Origin: Octopus bimaculoides
Lineage: Eukaryota
NCBI RefSeq assembly: GCF_001194135.2
Contig: NC_068983.1
Coordinates: forward strand, 73,492,851-73,549,550
Reading direction: 5' to 3'
DNA: 56,700 nucleotides
The position numbers and the translations under genes are program-made. This document shows positions 24,190-36,658 of the stretch, piece by piece. Position 1 is the first letter of the stretch, and each line of letters starts with the position of its first letter. The notes under the pieces were generated by a model. It was not told where the DNA came from and ran no database searches. It was given only the letters and a program-made list of their open reading frames with translations.

Positions 24190-24472
24190 AAACCCCAGGT
24201 GATTATGGATAATTTTCTTGGCTTGGTTTTGCTACAGGTATACGTTCAACCTACTAGAAATAGTAACGAAAATACCATCAGATCACATACAAACACACTT
24301 GACTGACTTTTAAAAAAGGACACATTGGAAAACCTGATTAGTCTTACGTATACGAAAAGAAAAGGCGATATGGTCATAGATGGAGTGTTTTTGTAGATCA
24401 TAGGTCTGCGCGATCACAACTGACCTAGGGGCTGAACAAAAACAACAACAACCGCAACAAAAACAATAACCA
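24190..24472. mobile_element. Interspersed non-coding repeat (family S4) ending in (CAA)n
   Basis: Blocks CTAGAAATAG, GACACATTGGA and GATC...CCTAGGGGCTGAACAAAAACAACAAC recur, diverged, near 7365-7540, 14150-14330, 21330-21465, 23920-24100 and 35925-36150. Family identity unknown. Confidence 0.5.
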
Positions 24473-24487
24473 CAACTTCAAACATCA

Positions 24488-24545
<58 letters not shown>

Positions 24546-25505
24546 NNNNNNNNNNNNNNNNNNNNNNNNNNNNNNNNNNNNNNNNNNNNNNNNNNNNNNN
24601 NNNNNNNNNNNNNNNNNNNNNNNNNNNNNNNNNNNNNNNNNNNNNNNNNNNNNNNNNNNNNNNNNNNNNNNNNNNNNNNNNNNNNNNNNNNNNNNNNNNN
24701 NNNNNNNNNNNNNNNNNNNNNNNNNNNNNNNNNNNNNNNNNNNNNNNNNNNNNNNNNNNNNNNNNNNNNNNNNNNNNNNNNNNNNNNNNNNNNNNNNNNN
24801 NNNNNNNNNNNNNNNNNNNNNNNNNNNNNNNNNNNNNNNNNNNNNNNNNNNNNNNNNNNNNNNNNNNNNNNNNNNNNNNNNNNNNNNNNNNNNNNNNNNN
24901 NNNNNNNNNNNNNNNNNNNNNNNNNNNNNNNNNNNNNNNNNNNNNNNNNNNNNNNNNNNNNNNNNNNNNNNNNNNNNNNNNNNNNNNNNNNNNNNNNNNN
25001 NNNNNNNNNNNNNNNNNNNNNNNNNNNNNNNNNNNNNNNNNNNNNNNNNNNNNNNNNNNNNNNNNNNNNNNNNNNNNNNNNNNNNNNNNNNNNNNNNNNN
25101 NNNNNNNNNNNNNNNNNNNNNNNNNNNNNNNNNNNNNNNNNNNNNNNNNNNNNNNNNNNNNNNNNNNNNNNNNNNNNNNNNNNNNNNNNNNNNNNNNNNN
25201 NNNNNNNNNNNNNNNNNNNNNNNNNNNNNNNNNNNNNNNNNNNNNNNNNNNNNNNNNNNNNNNNNNNNNNNNNNNNNNNNNNNNNNNNNNNNNNNNNNNN
25301 NNNNNNNNNNNNNNNNNNNNNNNNNNNNNNNNNNNNNNNNNNNNNNNNNNNNNNNNNNNNNNNNNNNNNNNNNNNNNNNNNNNNNNNNNNNNNNNNNNNN
25401 NNNNNNNNNNNNNNNNNNNNNNNNNNNNNNNNNNNNNNNNATATATGCACACACACATATATAGACATATATACATATGCACATATACATTCTATGGTGT
25501 TGTTG

Positions 25506-25554
<49 letters not shown>

Positions 25555-25865
25555 GATGATGATGATGATGATGATCATCATCATCATCGTCATTATCATC
25601 AAATGTCATAAATTAAATGAAGTGACAGTCAGACAAAGAGGCATTGTTATATATATTAATATACGTATATACATACATTAATATCTCATGCGGAATCAAT
25701 GTCTCTCTGGTCACAGCATAGCAGCGGGACTAACTAATTGTGCATTCATCATCAGTGGAGAATGCGAAAGACCATCGTACGAGAATTCATTATTTATATA
25801 CAATACCATGACGGAATACTGACAGGTAGGGAGGGAGAACGAAATTCGAGCGCTATTTTATGGTC

Positions 25866-25896
<31 letters not shown>

Positions 25897-26259
25897 GTGG
25901 GGTCTGGGTGTGTTCGTGGTGCATTTATATTTAGATGTATACACAAACATATATTACAAACATGGACTCACAGTACCTCGAGTTTCCCAGTAAGCTACGG
26001 GCATGGAATTATCCGACTACCGATCTATCGTCAATGTCATTGCCACCACTTATCTGTTGTGAAACCATTACAAGAAAAATAAGCAGTCTTTTTTATCCAC
26101 GTTTTTTTTTTCTGTTTGCGTTTTATATTTTAAATCTATATGAGTTGATAAGGTTAATAGGAATTAATAATTCGTGTAAATTAATAATAGTAGTTGCAAG
26201 TAGTATAAAAGTTCATGTGGCTGGAAATCAAAATCTGAGAATGCACGTGATAGTGAGCG

Positions 26260-27290
26260 GCTAGTTCCCCAAAATTTCGCTTTTAGCATTTAAACAAAAT
26301 AGTAGGATCCAGTGAGCTCTTCAGAATAAGCTACCTTTCTACATTACCAAGCTTGCACCATTGGTGTAAGGTTTGTATCTTTTTAATGTCTTCCATCTGA
26401 TGGAATGGTTGATGAACCTCGCTTTCAAATCCCAAATATAGCAAATATAGCAAATCCCAAATATAGCAAATATGCTTTGTTATGATCAGTTTCTAAAGGA
26501 AGAGATTTGGTTGTTGAATCCTGCTTTAAAATTACCTTCTGTATAATCTATGTACCTCTTAATGCTGGCGGTGCTATCTGTATTAGCTAATCTGACTGAC
26601 GCTTCATATATTACAGCCTCAATATTACTGGTTCCATCTGGTGGTACAATTCTCTCTTTCTAGAGTCATATAAGGTTCCTCTAGGTGGCTTATAGTTATA
26701 CACAACCATGTTTTTGTAGCTGAGATGGGGAGGGGAATCGGTAGAACTAAAAGCAATCTCCAAACTAAGAGTACTGAAAAGTTTCCTATATTTGTGACTA
26801 GCAGGGAAGTGTTTATCTATTAACGTTAGGCAGATTGGTTACAACGTCTGTAGAATAAGGGAGTGATGGTGAAACAGTTAACGTTCCGACACCTATTTCT
26901 TCTACGTGGTTCTGTGGTTATACTTAAGTTTGTTCTACAAGCTGTTTGTTTTCAGAGTGTCATTATAAAAGGGGAAAGCGCTATTTTGCCAAAAATTTCC
27001 TTAATGGAGGAGAAATTGGAGATTCTTTTGCTAATACTTATAACTAAGTTTTTAAAGATTATAATGGTGATAGTAGGATATTACTTTAATCTATGGCAGC
27101 TCTTCGTTCGTCTTCCTCTAAAGTTTGTAGATGTTGCTAATCAAGTCTAGTGACGATTTTAAGAAATTAACTACTGTTAGATTTGTGTCTATAGTGTTCT
27201 CTAGGCCGAAGGACCTGAAAATTTTACAAGGATGTCCGAAAAATACGAAATAGACATTAAGTGGTAAAATACACTTAAGAAATAAGCATA
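26260..27290 (-). mobile_element. Penelope-like element relic (RT thumb plus GIY-YIG endonuclease)
   Basis: Minus-strand pieces KIFRSFGLENTIDTNLTVVNFL..LDL, LTLIDKHFPASHKYRKLF, PDGTSNIEAVIYEASV...RYIDYTEGNFKAGFNNQISSFRN and IWDLKARFINHSIRWKTLKRYKPYTNG. Contains a 25-bp tandem duplication at 26426-26475. Confidence 0.85.
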
Positions 27291-27303
27291 ATATTAACAA
27301 TCA

Positions 27304-27511
27304 TTTCTACTAAAGGTACAAGGTCTGAAATGTTTTGGGGCGATAGTCGATTACATCGATCCCAGTGCTCAACTGGTACTTATTTTATGAACCCTGAAAG
27401 GATGAAAGGCAAAGTCGGCCTTGCTGGTATTTGAACTCAGAACGTAAAGAAGGACGAAATGCCGCAAAGCATTTTGCTCGGTGTGCTAACGACTGTGCCA
27501 GCTCACCGCCT
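27304..27511 (-). mobile_element. tRNA-derived SINE, family S1, full length
   Basis: Reverse complement starts GGCGGTGAGCTGGCACAGTCGTTAGC and includes GAGTTCAAATACC. Confidence 0.85.
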
Positions 27512-27533
27512 GTTTAATAAAATCGACATTAGA

Positions 27534-27919
27534 AACAAGAGCTCTCAGAGAGCGCCAACCTCCACCAAGGCAACACCAACGTCCACTCAACGATCAGCCA
27601 GAGTTGATTTTTAAAATGAGAATATCTGAAATAAATTCGACTACTCTCACAAACGAGAATACTAAAAATGAACACAACTGCTCTCAAAAATGAAGTAAAA
27701 AAAAAAACAAAAAAAAAACAGGAAAAATAATCCAGAATTCTTGTCCGGTAACAGATCGATTCCAAATTCTAATCAGTTCGTGCCAGTCACAAGGTCAAAC
27801 ATCCCTGACAGTTTCATCCGAATCCATCCAGCGGTTCTTGAGATATCTTGTCCACGGACAAAAAAACAAACAAATACGACTGAAAACAATACCTCTACCT
27901 TCACTAACGCGGAGCTAAT
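27534..27919 (+). mobile_element. Non-autonomous element with subterminal inverted repeats and terminal stem-loops (Helentron-associated HINE/DINE-like)
   Basis: 5' AACAAGAG, hairpin GCTCTC-A-GAGAGC and ACCTCCACC; 3' ACCTCTACCTTCACTAACGCGGAGCT, a decayed ACCTCCGCC...GGCGGAGGT stem-loop; no ORF. Confidence 0.45.
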
Positions 27920-27923
27920 AATA

Positions 27924-28110
27924 AAGGCGGCGAGTTGGCAGTCCGTTACTACATTGGACAAAATGCTTAGTGGATTTACGTTCTGAGTTCAAATGCCACA
28001 AGGGTTGATTTTTCTTTCTATCCTTCTGGGGTCGATAAAATAAGTACCAGTCACTGTTATCAATTAGTTTCGTCCCACAAAACTTTAGGCCTTACGCTTA
28101 TAGCAGAATG
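27924..28110 (+). mobile_element. tRNA-derived SINE, family S1
   Basis: AAGGCGGCGAGTTGGCAG head, CTGAGTTCAAAT and GGGGTCGATAAAATAAGTACCAG. Confidence 0.8.
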
Positions 28111-28469
28111 GATATCAGAATTATTAGCTCGCAAATATTTCTTTCTGCAAAGAATTTTAGTAGAGATTTTATCGAGTATCAAATTTTATTGTCATTCAGA
28201 GTAATAAATATCTCTAATATACAGTGACATAATACCTCAATATTATTTAGACCTTGAATGGATGAAAGGAAAAAGTTGATCTCTGCAGCATTCGAACTCA
28301 GAACATGAGCAAATACCAGAGGGAATTTTGCGACGATGTACCAATTCTGCCAATCTATCCGCCTACGTTTGCAGCAATTGATATACTTAAAATAATGGAC
28401 GTAATCTAAATGGACACTGGAGCATCAAAGACTGTTGAATACGTTAAAATGCATATAAACATCTAGCAA

Positions 28470-28540
<71 letters not shown>

Positions 28541-28974
28541 GTGTGTGTGCATGTATGTATGTGTGTATATATGTGGGTTCAGTTACTATTAGTTTTACTG
28601 GTAACATTTAAACTAATACAACTTGTTGCATGGTCGGGCCGTCGGCGATTAAACAGACAACCTTACTAAGCCTGCTTGGTAAAGTAGTCGGTTTTTATTA
28701 GACATCCAGCTGGAAGAAAAGCAAAATCTTATCAAAGGGCGAATGAAGGCAGTATAGTTAATAGCCGTCCAACCGCTGAAAGTGAGAGATTACTAGTTTT
28801 ATTTAAACATTTCACTAGAAGGAAACTCGGATGTAACTGCGATTTCATTTGCATCCAGTGATGTAAACTAACTAATTCTTTTTGAGCAAAAGCATACATT
28901 GTTTCGAAAGCGGGATTGGCCCTGTGAAAGGCCATTCTTCATTTTCAAAGCTTCAAGCATTGCTTCCTTTTTAG

Positions 28975-29078
28975 CATCTCTATTATGTATTGTATATCAT
29001 GGCTGATCGTAGCCGGAAAAGGCAAAACATTTAATGAAAATTTCCATGATGCAATCAAAGGATATGTCAGTATGGGTG
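28975..29078 (+). CDS. Candidate internal coding exon of an unidentified gene
   Basis: Strong acceptor CATTGCTTCCTTTTTAG| and consensus donor G|GTAAGT. 104 bp with only one open frame, ISIMYCISWLIVAGKGKTFNENFHDAIKGYVSMG, in non-repeat sequence. Product not recognised. Confidence 0.3.
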
Positions 29079-29227
29079 GTAAGTTATGTAAACATCTACT
29101 GCAAGAGGCGTCCATCTGTGCCACATTTTTGTAAGTGGCCTCTTTAAGAGAACAATGAAGCGATGGCATTGCTCGAAATTATGTTGCAGCCACCATGTAT
29201 GTATGTATGTATGTATGTATGTATGTA

Positions 29228-29608
29228 CATACTCTTCTGTTTCTAATTATTTAAATTCTTCTTCTTAGGAAGGAGCTGGTTTCCAATAGTGACACTAAGC
29301 TCCGTCGGTGGAATATAGACAACAAAAACATTGTCACATTTGAAACTTCAGAAACGCTTTGTACATTTTTACTGTTTCTCTTACAGATTGTATTTGTAAC
29401 GTGCGAGTTGGTTGATTTTTTTTTTCGGAAAACCCTAGCTTATTCAGATTGTCACTTAGGCATTTTTTCACAAAGCTAAGTACATTAGTGTGAATTTATA
29501 ATCTGGATATAAGAGCTGAGGGTTTCGAAGCAATTGTCCATAGTTATTTCTTTCTTTTTGATTTTCAAAGAGTATTCAAATCAGCAGGACAGCTGACCTC
29601 TATGACCT
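29228..29608 (-). mobile_element. R4/Dong-type LINE 3' fragment, family A (diverged), copy 3
   Basis: Minus strand EVSCPADLN...NYGQLLRNPQLLYPDYKF...ETVKMYKAFLKFQM*; flanked by (TATG)n and (TACA)n. Confidence 0.8.
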
Positions 29609-29633
29609 CATATGCACGTACATACATACGTAC

Positions 29634-29682
<49 letters not shown>

Positions 29683-29728
29683 TATATATGTACATATATA
29701 TACATACACACACACACACATATACATG

Positions 29729-29774
<46 letters not shown>

Positions 29775-29939
29775 NNNNNNNNNNNNNNNNNNNNNNNNNN
29801 NNNNNNNNNNNNNNNNNNNNNNNNNNNNNNNNNNNNNNNNNNNNNNNNNNNNNNNNNNNNNNNNNNNNNNNNNNNNNNNNNNNNNNNNNNNNNNNNNNNN
29901 NNNNNNNNNNNNNNNNNNNNNNNNNNNNNNNNNNNNNNN

Positions 29940-29974
<35 letters not shown>

Positions 29975-30561
29975 TACTCCCATGGCTGTTTGACAATCTT
30001 TTCTGCCTTCTAAGGGTAGTATTGCCCAATTTTTCTGCTGTTTGAACGGCGATACTGCGTTCGAAACTATCACCTTCTTGTCTGCATCGTACGATACACA
30101 TTCGATCCTTCTAAAAAAATAAATAAATATAAGCTTGTTTATATACACAAGTGGTTGTTTTGAAAAACAACTAGTTTCTGATTGAGATCTATGTAGTAAT
30201 AGTATTGGATAGTGAAGTTTATTTGCCAACAGAACGTGGCAATCCTGACTAGGACTATGTTACTACTTTTTAACCCCAAGAAAACATATTTTCCAGCTCG
30301 TTTATCTTTGTCCTGTGTATGTGTGTATATACATGACTCTGTGTGTAACAATTTTAGAGTCCATTCGCAATAGCTCATTATATTTAATTATATTATTACA
30401 CTGAATATAAGTATTGCTTTTTTTTTTATACTCCTAGGGCTTTATGTTCAAAATGCTTTACACAAAGGAAATATTTGCCTGATGCTATTTCTCACACGTA
30501 TATTGCATGTGTGTGTGTGTGTATGTGTATGTGAGTGTGTGTATGTGTGTGTATGTGTGTA

Positions 30562-30593
<32 letters not shown>

Positions 30594-30638
30594 TATGTGT
30601 GTATGTGTGTGTATGTGTGTATGTGTGTGTGTGCGTGT

Positions 30639-30669
<31 letters not shown>

Positions 30670-30692
30670 TGTGTGTGTGTGTGAGTGTGTGT

Positions 30693-30724
<32 letters not shown>

Positions 30725-30969
30725 ATTTGCGTATGTGAGAATATGCATGTCTGTGAGAATGTGTGCGCGTATTTACTAAAACAAAGTTACTAAGAAGAAA
30801 TGGTCTTAGTCAACTACTTATTGTCAATAAAACCAATTTCATGTTTCTATTATACCCAAGATATAGAAGATTAAGAGTGGTGAGACTATCATTGCTACTA
30901 TTATTCCTACCATTGTAGTAGTAATAGTAGCAGGAACAGTAGTAGTAGCAGTAGTAGTAGTAGTAGTAT

Positions 30970-31008
<39 letters not shown>

Positions 31009-31056
31009 CAGCAGCAGTATGTATGTATGTATGTATGTATGTATGTATGTATGTAT

Positions 31057-31835
31057 GTCTTCTATTTTTTAATTATTATAAATCTTCCACTGAGGAGGGA
31101 GCCAGTTTCCAACAAAGATACAAGGCTCCATCTTTGAGATATGGTTAACACAGACAAATTTACATTTGGAACTTGAGAAAAGTCTTGCATATTTTTACTG
31201 TACCACTCATAGATTGCACATGTAATGTACGAATCAGCTGGTCAATTTCTCTTTCTGAAAATCCCAGTTTATCCAGATTCTCCTTTAAGCATTTATTAAC
31301 AAAACCTAATGCTCCAATTGCTATTGGTATGAATACGAATTCATAGTCTGGATATAGAAGCTAGAGGTTTCGAAGCAGTTGCCCATAGATATCCTCTTTT
31401 TCTTTGATTTTCAAAGAGATACATCTGCAGGGCAGCTAACCTCTATGATGGTACATACCTTTACCCCTCTGTCCTAAACAACAATATCCGGCCTGTCATG
31501 TTTACATTTACAGACATTTTAACGAGAATACTCCACCAGTATTCCTTGAGTTGGTGTTTATGAACGTATTCCATAACAGAGGGATTTTCTAAGTTTATTT
31601 CAGGACAGTCTTTTTTGCGGAAGGCATTGTGAATTGTTTTAGCAAGAACATCGTGCTGCATAGGGAGGTAGTACCGTGACGACATTTTAGGACAGCTGCT
31701 AATCACATGCGTAATGTCTTCCACAGAAACATGACATCGTCTACACATGTGGTTGCACCTTGGGATTACAAGATCGTCAGTGTCTCTCTTGTTCACCAGG
31801 TACTTTGTGGCAATCTCCTGTTCCTAGATTTCAAA
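31057..31835 (-). mobile_element. R4/Dong-type LINE 3' fragment, family A, copy 2
   Basis: EQEIATKYLVNKR...CRRCHVSVEDITHVISSC (C-x2-C-x8-H-x4-C), REL domain and the same 3' UTR as 10672-11331, followed on the element strand by a (CATA)n tail. Confidence 0.88.
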
Positions 31836-32272
31836 GGGATTATATTCCGTTTTGTTTTGAATTAATTAGGCTTGGAAACAACTTGTAGAGTTTTTATTGG
31901 ATATATGTACCAACTTAGAATAAAGTAACGTCTACACTTCTATTTTTCCTTTCCTTATTATAATANNNNNNNNNNNNNNNNNNNNNNNNNNNNNNNNNNN
32001 NNNNNNNNNNNNNNNNNNNNNNNNNNNNNNNNNNNNNNNNNNNNNNNNNNNNNNNNNNNNNNNNNNNNNNNNNNNNNNNNNNNNNNNNNNNNNNNNNNNN
32101 NNNNNNNNNNNNNNNNNNNNNNNNNNNNNNNNNNNNNNNNNNNNNNNNNNNNNNNNNNNNNNNTGTATGTATGTATGTATGTGTATTTAAAATCAAATGT
32201 ATGACAAGCGAGTTGGAATCATGTAATTTCTGTTCCCTTGTGATTTATTTAATTTCATATTAAAGGAATAAT

Positions 32273-32565
32273 TGTGAAGGTGCGGATCATGATCGTAAAG
32301 TTGTGTGTTCGATTCTGGGTGATCCGTTGTATCCTTGAGCAAGATACTCTATTTCATATTGCTCTAGTTCATTCAGCTGTCAAAATTCAGTTGTAGCTGT
32401 TATTGAGAATGCACATTTTGTGCCACGCTGAATCTCCCTGAGAGTTACGTTAAGGGTACGCGTGTTTGTGGAGTGCTCAGCCACTGGAACACTAATTTCA
32501 CCAGGAGGTTGTTCCGTTGATAGGATCAACTAGGACACTCGTCGTCGTAACTGATAGAATACCAG
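32273..32565 (+). mobile_element. tRNA-derived SINE with CORE-like centre and S3-type 3' body
   Basis: TGTGTTCGATTC head remnant, GTATCCTTGAGCAAGATACTCTATTTCA central block, and 3' body CACGCTGAATCTCCCTGAGAGTTACGTTAAGGGTAC shared with 56362-56700. Confidence 0.7.
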
Positions 32566-32803
32566 TTAAAGGAACGATTACTTAATACACATATTAGTTA
32601 AGAAGAGGGTGCCGATGGAACCTTTTCTCGTTTCTAGAAGTTCTTTTGTCACTGACCAAGGTGAAAATATTTCCAAGAATATGCACAGTAGCAAAAAAAA
32701 AAAAAAAATTCGACCAGTCACCTAGATACAACAATCGATTTTTTAAACTTTTTATCTCTTAAGTTGACTGTCAGCACTGACGGAGCAAACTTAAGATCTA
32801 AGG

Positions 32804-33404
32804 CAGTGGTTCTCAACCATTATTTTGTCTGTAGACCCTTTTGATTAGTGTTTTTCTCTAGTGGATCCTCCATATGCATTGGATGTTTAACTAGTTTTAT
32901 AGAAACGTCTGTCAAAATTCCTATTTCATTTTTCACATATTATCTTGTTTAGATTGGACTATGTTAAATGTTAGAGAAAGAAACCTAGCTGTCTCTTGCA
33001 ATACATACCAATACACACATCTAAAGAAAATTATTTTCGTGGACCCTTAAAATACCAATTTATCCTTTTGGGACCCCGTTTAATTACTATTTTATTCTGG
33101 TGGACCCCTATATGCATTCGATGTTTAAAAACTAGTTTTACAGAAACTTCTTTCAAAATTCCTATTTTCTTTTCCAACCATTCACTTGTGCAGGTTTGCA
33201 ATAGCACTTTTTGAGAGAGCGTGTTCCCGTGGCCGGTTACAGAAAGAAACATAGTCATTTCTTGCAGTAAATACTTCTAAATTAATTTTTTATGGACCTT
33301 TAAATTACTGCTATAGATCCCCAATTTACTATTTCACTTCTGTCAACATAAAAAAAAAAAAAAATTAAATGGACCCTCATACGGACCACAGTTGAGAACC
33401 ACTG
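32804..33404. mobile_element. hAT-superfamily (Charlie-like) MITE, 601 bp
   Basis: Perfect 14-bp TIR CAGTGGTTCTCAAC / GTTGAGAACCACTG; perfect 8-bp TSD ATCTAAGG at 32796-32803 and 33405-33412; repeated GGACCC-like internal motifs. Confidence 0.93.
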
Positions 33405-33656
33405 ATCTAAGGCGTTCCCTGTTGTGGTCATCCTATATGTCTTTCATCTGACAAGGGTATCCCATATAATTTATGGAAGATTCGGCTGTTGTTTTTCTTC
33501 TTTTGGAGCAAATCGAGTGATGACGTAGAGGAGCGTTTCTCAAATGCTTTAACTCTGTGGTTAGCTGGACATCAAGTCTAACACTCCCGACGCACTTCAC
33601 ATGAAAGGTTAAACATCGATAACGACGACGACGACGACGACACCACCACCACCACC

Positions 33657-33688
<32 letters not shown>

Positions 33689-34314
33689 CGTATCAAAGTT
33701 TTCGATTTATAAAAAATAAAATAGTAAAGGCATAATCATATTCTATTAATTATATTCGTNNNNNNNNNNNNNNNNNNNNNNNNNNNNNNNNNNNNNNNNN
33801 NNNNNNNNNNNNNNNNNNNNNNNNNNNNNNNNNNNNNNNNNNNNNNNNNNNNNNNNNNNNNNNNNNNNNNNNNNNNNNNNNNNNNNNNNNNNNNNNNNNN
33901 NNNNNNNNNNNNNNNNNNNNNNNNNNNNNNNNNNNNNNNNNNNNNNNNNNNNNNNNNNNNNNNNNNNNNNNNNNNNNNNNNNNNNNNNNNNNNNNNNNNN
34001 NNNNNNNNNNNNNNNNNNNNNNNNNNNNNNNNNNNNNNNNNNNNNNNNNNNNNNNNNNNNNNNNNNNNNNNNNNNNNNNNNNNNNNNNNNNNNNNNNNNN
34101 NNNNNNNNNNNNNNNNNNNNNNNNNNNNNNNNNNNNNNNNNNNNNNNNNNNNNNNNNNNNNNNNNNNNNNNNNNNNNNNNNNNNNNNNNNNNNNNNNNNN
34201 NNNNNNNNNNNNNNNNNNNNNNNNNNNNNNNNNNNNNNNNNNNNNNNNNNNNNNNNNNNNNNNNNNNNNNNNNNNNNNNNNNCACACACACAAACACACA
34301 CACACATACACACA

Positions 34315-34470
34315 ACGGGCTCCTTTGAGTTTCCGTCTACAAAATCCACTCACAAAGCTTTGGTCGGTTCGAGGCTATAGTTGAAGATATTTACCCAAGG
34401 TGCTACGCAGTGGGACGGAACTGGGAACTATGCGGTTGGGAAGTAAACTTTTTACCACTCAGCCACACCT
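34315..34470 (-). mobile_element. tRNA-derived CORE-type SINE (family S2), 5' half
   Basis: Minus strand AGGTGTGGCTGAGTGGTAA...GCACCTTGGGTAAATATCTTCAACTATAGCC...GTAGACGGAAACTC, running into (TG)n and a gap. Confidence 0.78.
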
Positions 34471-35479
34471 TCGGCCCTATATTTAAAAAATCCACCGTGC
34501 ACTTAGATATGCCCTGTAGTGCACACTTTAAAAACCAATGATATATCGGCTTTCCTTTTGATTGGCCCGTAACAAAACAAAGACAAAAAGTAAACGCTGA
34601 AAAACAGAAATTGTGTGTAGTTATGGGAGAGACTAAACATTCAGCATTGTATGTTGCAGCGACAACAGATGTTTGCCTCTGAAGCACACTTCCATAGTTT
34701 TTCAACACATATCCCAGGCTATTAAGAGCGCGATCTGACTCATATTCGAAACGCTTAGTTTAGAATAGAGGCAGCTGATGAAGGAAAAGTTCCATAAGTG
34801 GCTCGTCTGTTTTCCTATGTGTTTCATTCTGTTGTCCGTTAAAAAAAGTCCGTTTTTTTGTGCTTTGTTTATGTTCCCGTTCCTTTTTTGACCTCCTGTA
34901 CCCGGATATGCATCTATATATACATGTAGATGTAGGTGTGTACATATATGTATGTATACATGCATATGCTCATATATCATTTGTATTTCTGAATGAAACC
35001 TGTTGAAACAGTGGAAATACTTTTATTCTAAGGAAGAGACGTTTAACATTTCGGACAGAAAACCTTTATCAGAAAGACATAAAATGTTTACAAATAATGG
35101 TTTCTAATTTTAGGCACTAGAGAAGCAGTTTTGAGGCCAGTGGGTTTGTCTTATCGGCTCTAATACTGATACTTCTTTTTATTGATCTCTGATACTTATT
35201 GATGCCTGATACTTCTTTTTATTGATCCCTGGGGTATATGAGTAAAATGTTAACTGCGGCGGGATATAAAGAGTCAGAATATAATGAGTCGGAACAAATA
35301 TCACTAACTATTTTCGCCGACGCTCCAGTGATTTTGCCAAAATGGTGAATAAGTAAATGAAAAAAATGGTCATTTATTCGCGACTACAAGTAAATATTCC
35401 ACTCTTTCTGAGGATGATTTCTATCAGAAACGTTCATTTTCTTTTCTTCCTCGGGATATAAAATTCATTCAACTGTTGC

Positions 35480-35847
35480 GATGATGATGATGATGATGAT
35501 GATGAGGAGGAGGAGGAGGAGGAGAGACAGGAAAGGGATGATGATGATGATGAGGAGGAGGAGGAAGTGAAGAGACAGGAAAGGAATGATGATGATGAGG
35601 AGGAGGAGGAGGAGGAGGAAGAGGAGAGACAGGAAAGGGATGATGAGGATGAGGAGGAGGAGGAGGAAGAGGAGGAGGAAGAGGAGGAGGAAGAGGAAGA
35701 GGAATAGGAGGAGGAATAGGAGGAGGAGGAGGAAGAAGAAGAGGAGGAGGAGAGGTAGGAAAGGGATGATGCTGAGGAGGAGAGGCAGGAAAGGGATGAT
35801 GATGATGATGTTGATGATGATGATGATGGTGATGGTGGTGGTGGTGG

Positions 35848-35896
<49 letters not shown>

Positions 35897-35910
35897 AACG
35901 ACGACGACTA
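35480..35910. repeat. Higher-order compound (GAT)n/(GAG)n microsatellite
   Basis: GAGACAGGAAAGGGATGATG-like spacer recurs 5 times between (GAG)n runs. Confidence 0.9.
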
Positions 35911-36595
35911 CATAGACTCAACCAGCCTAGGAGCTAGGGACAAAGCAGAAACGACAGAAGCCAATTCTTCCTCAAATCACGACCTATCTACTGTCTTAAG
36001 AAGAAATAGACACATTGGATAATGTTATACTAGATACACTATGTATGGAACAACAACAGCAACACACACACCTAAAAAAAGAAAGACTATCGTCACGGCC
36101 AGAATGTCATAACTTTGATCACCGGATTTCTCGATCAGGCTTGACTTACAACAGCACCAGCAGAAGCAACAACAGCACCAGTAGCAGCAGCAGCAGCAGC
36201 AGCAGCAATTCTACCGGAAGTTGACTGTGTCAGAGAGCTAACTGTGAAAAACAAAACAAAACAAAAAAAAACGCAGCTTAAAAAATAAAAACGAACACAT
36301 AACTTAAAGGGAAGAACGATCGGTATCAGAGGATGAAATCGAACCTGTTAAGATTATATCCAGCGCATACGAAATAATAAATCTCTCAGTCCTTCACGTT
36401 GTACATCAACAACATCCCGCAAAATGTTTCCATTTTGATTCTTCAAAGCGAGTCTCGCTTGCTGCTTCCGAACAAAGAGAAATATTTATGTTCTTACTCT
36501 TAGCTTGCTTTCATTTCAACATAATGCTTTCATCAATTATGCACCAAAGTATTTATGATGAAATTAGGCTCTTCCTTTGTCTATAACAGCACTAA

Positions 36596-36614
36596 AATTC
36601 ACCATCATCACCAA

Positions 36615-36658
<44 letters not shown>

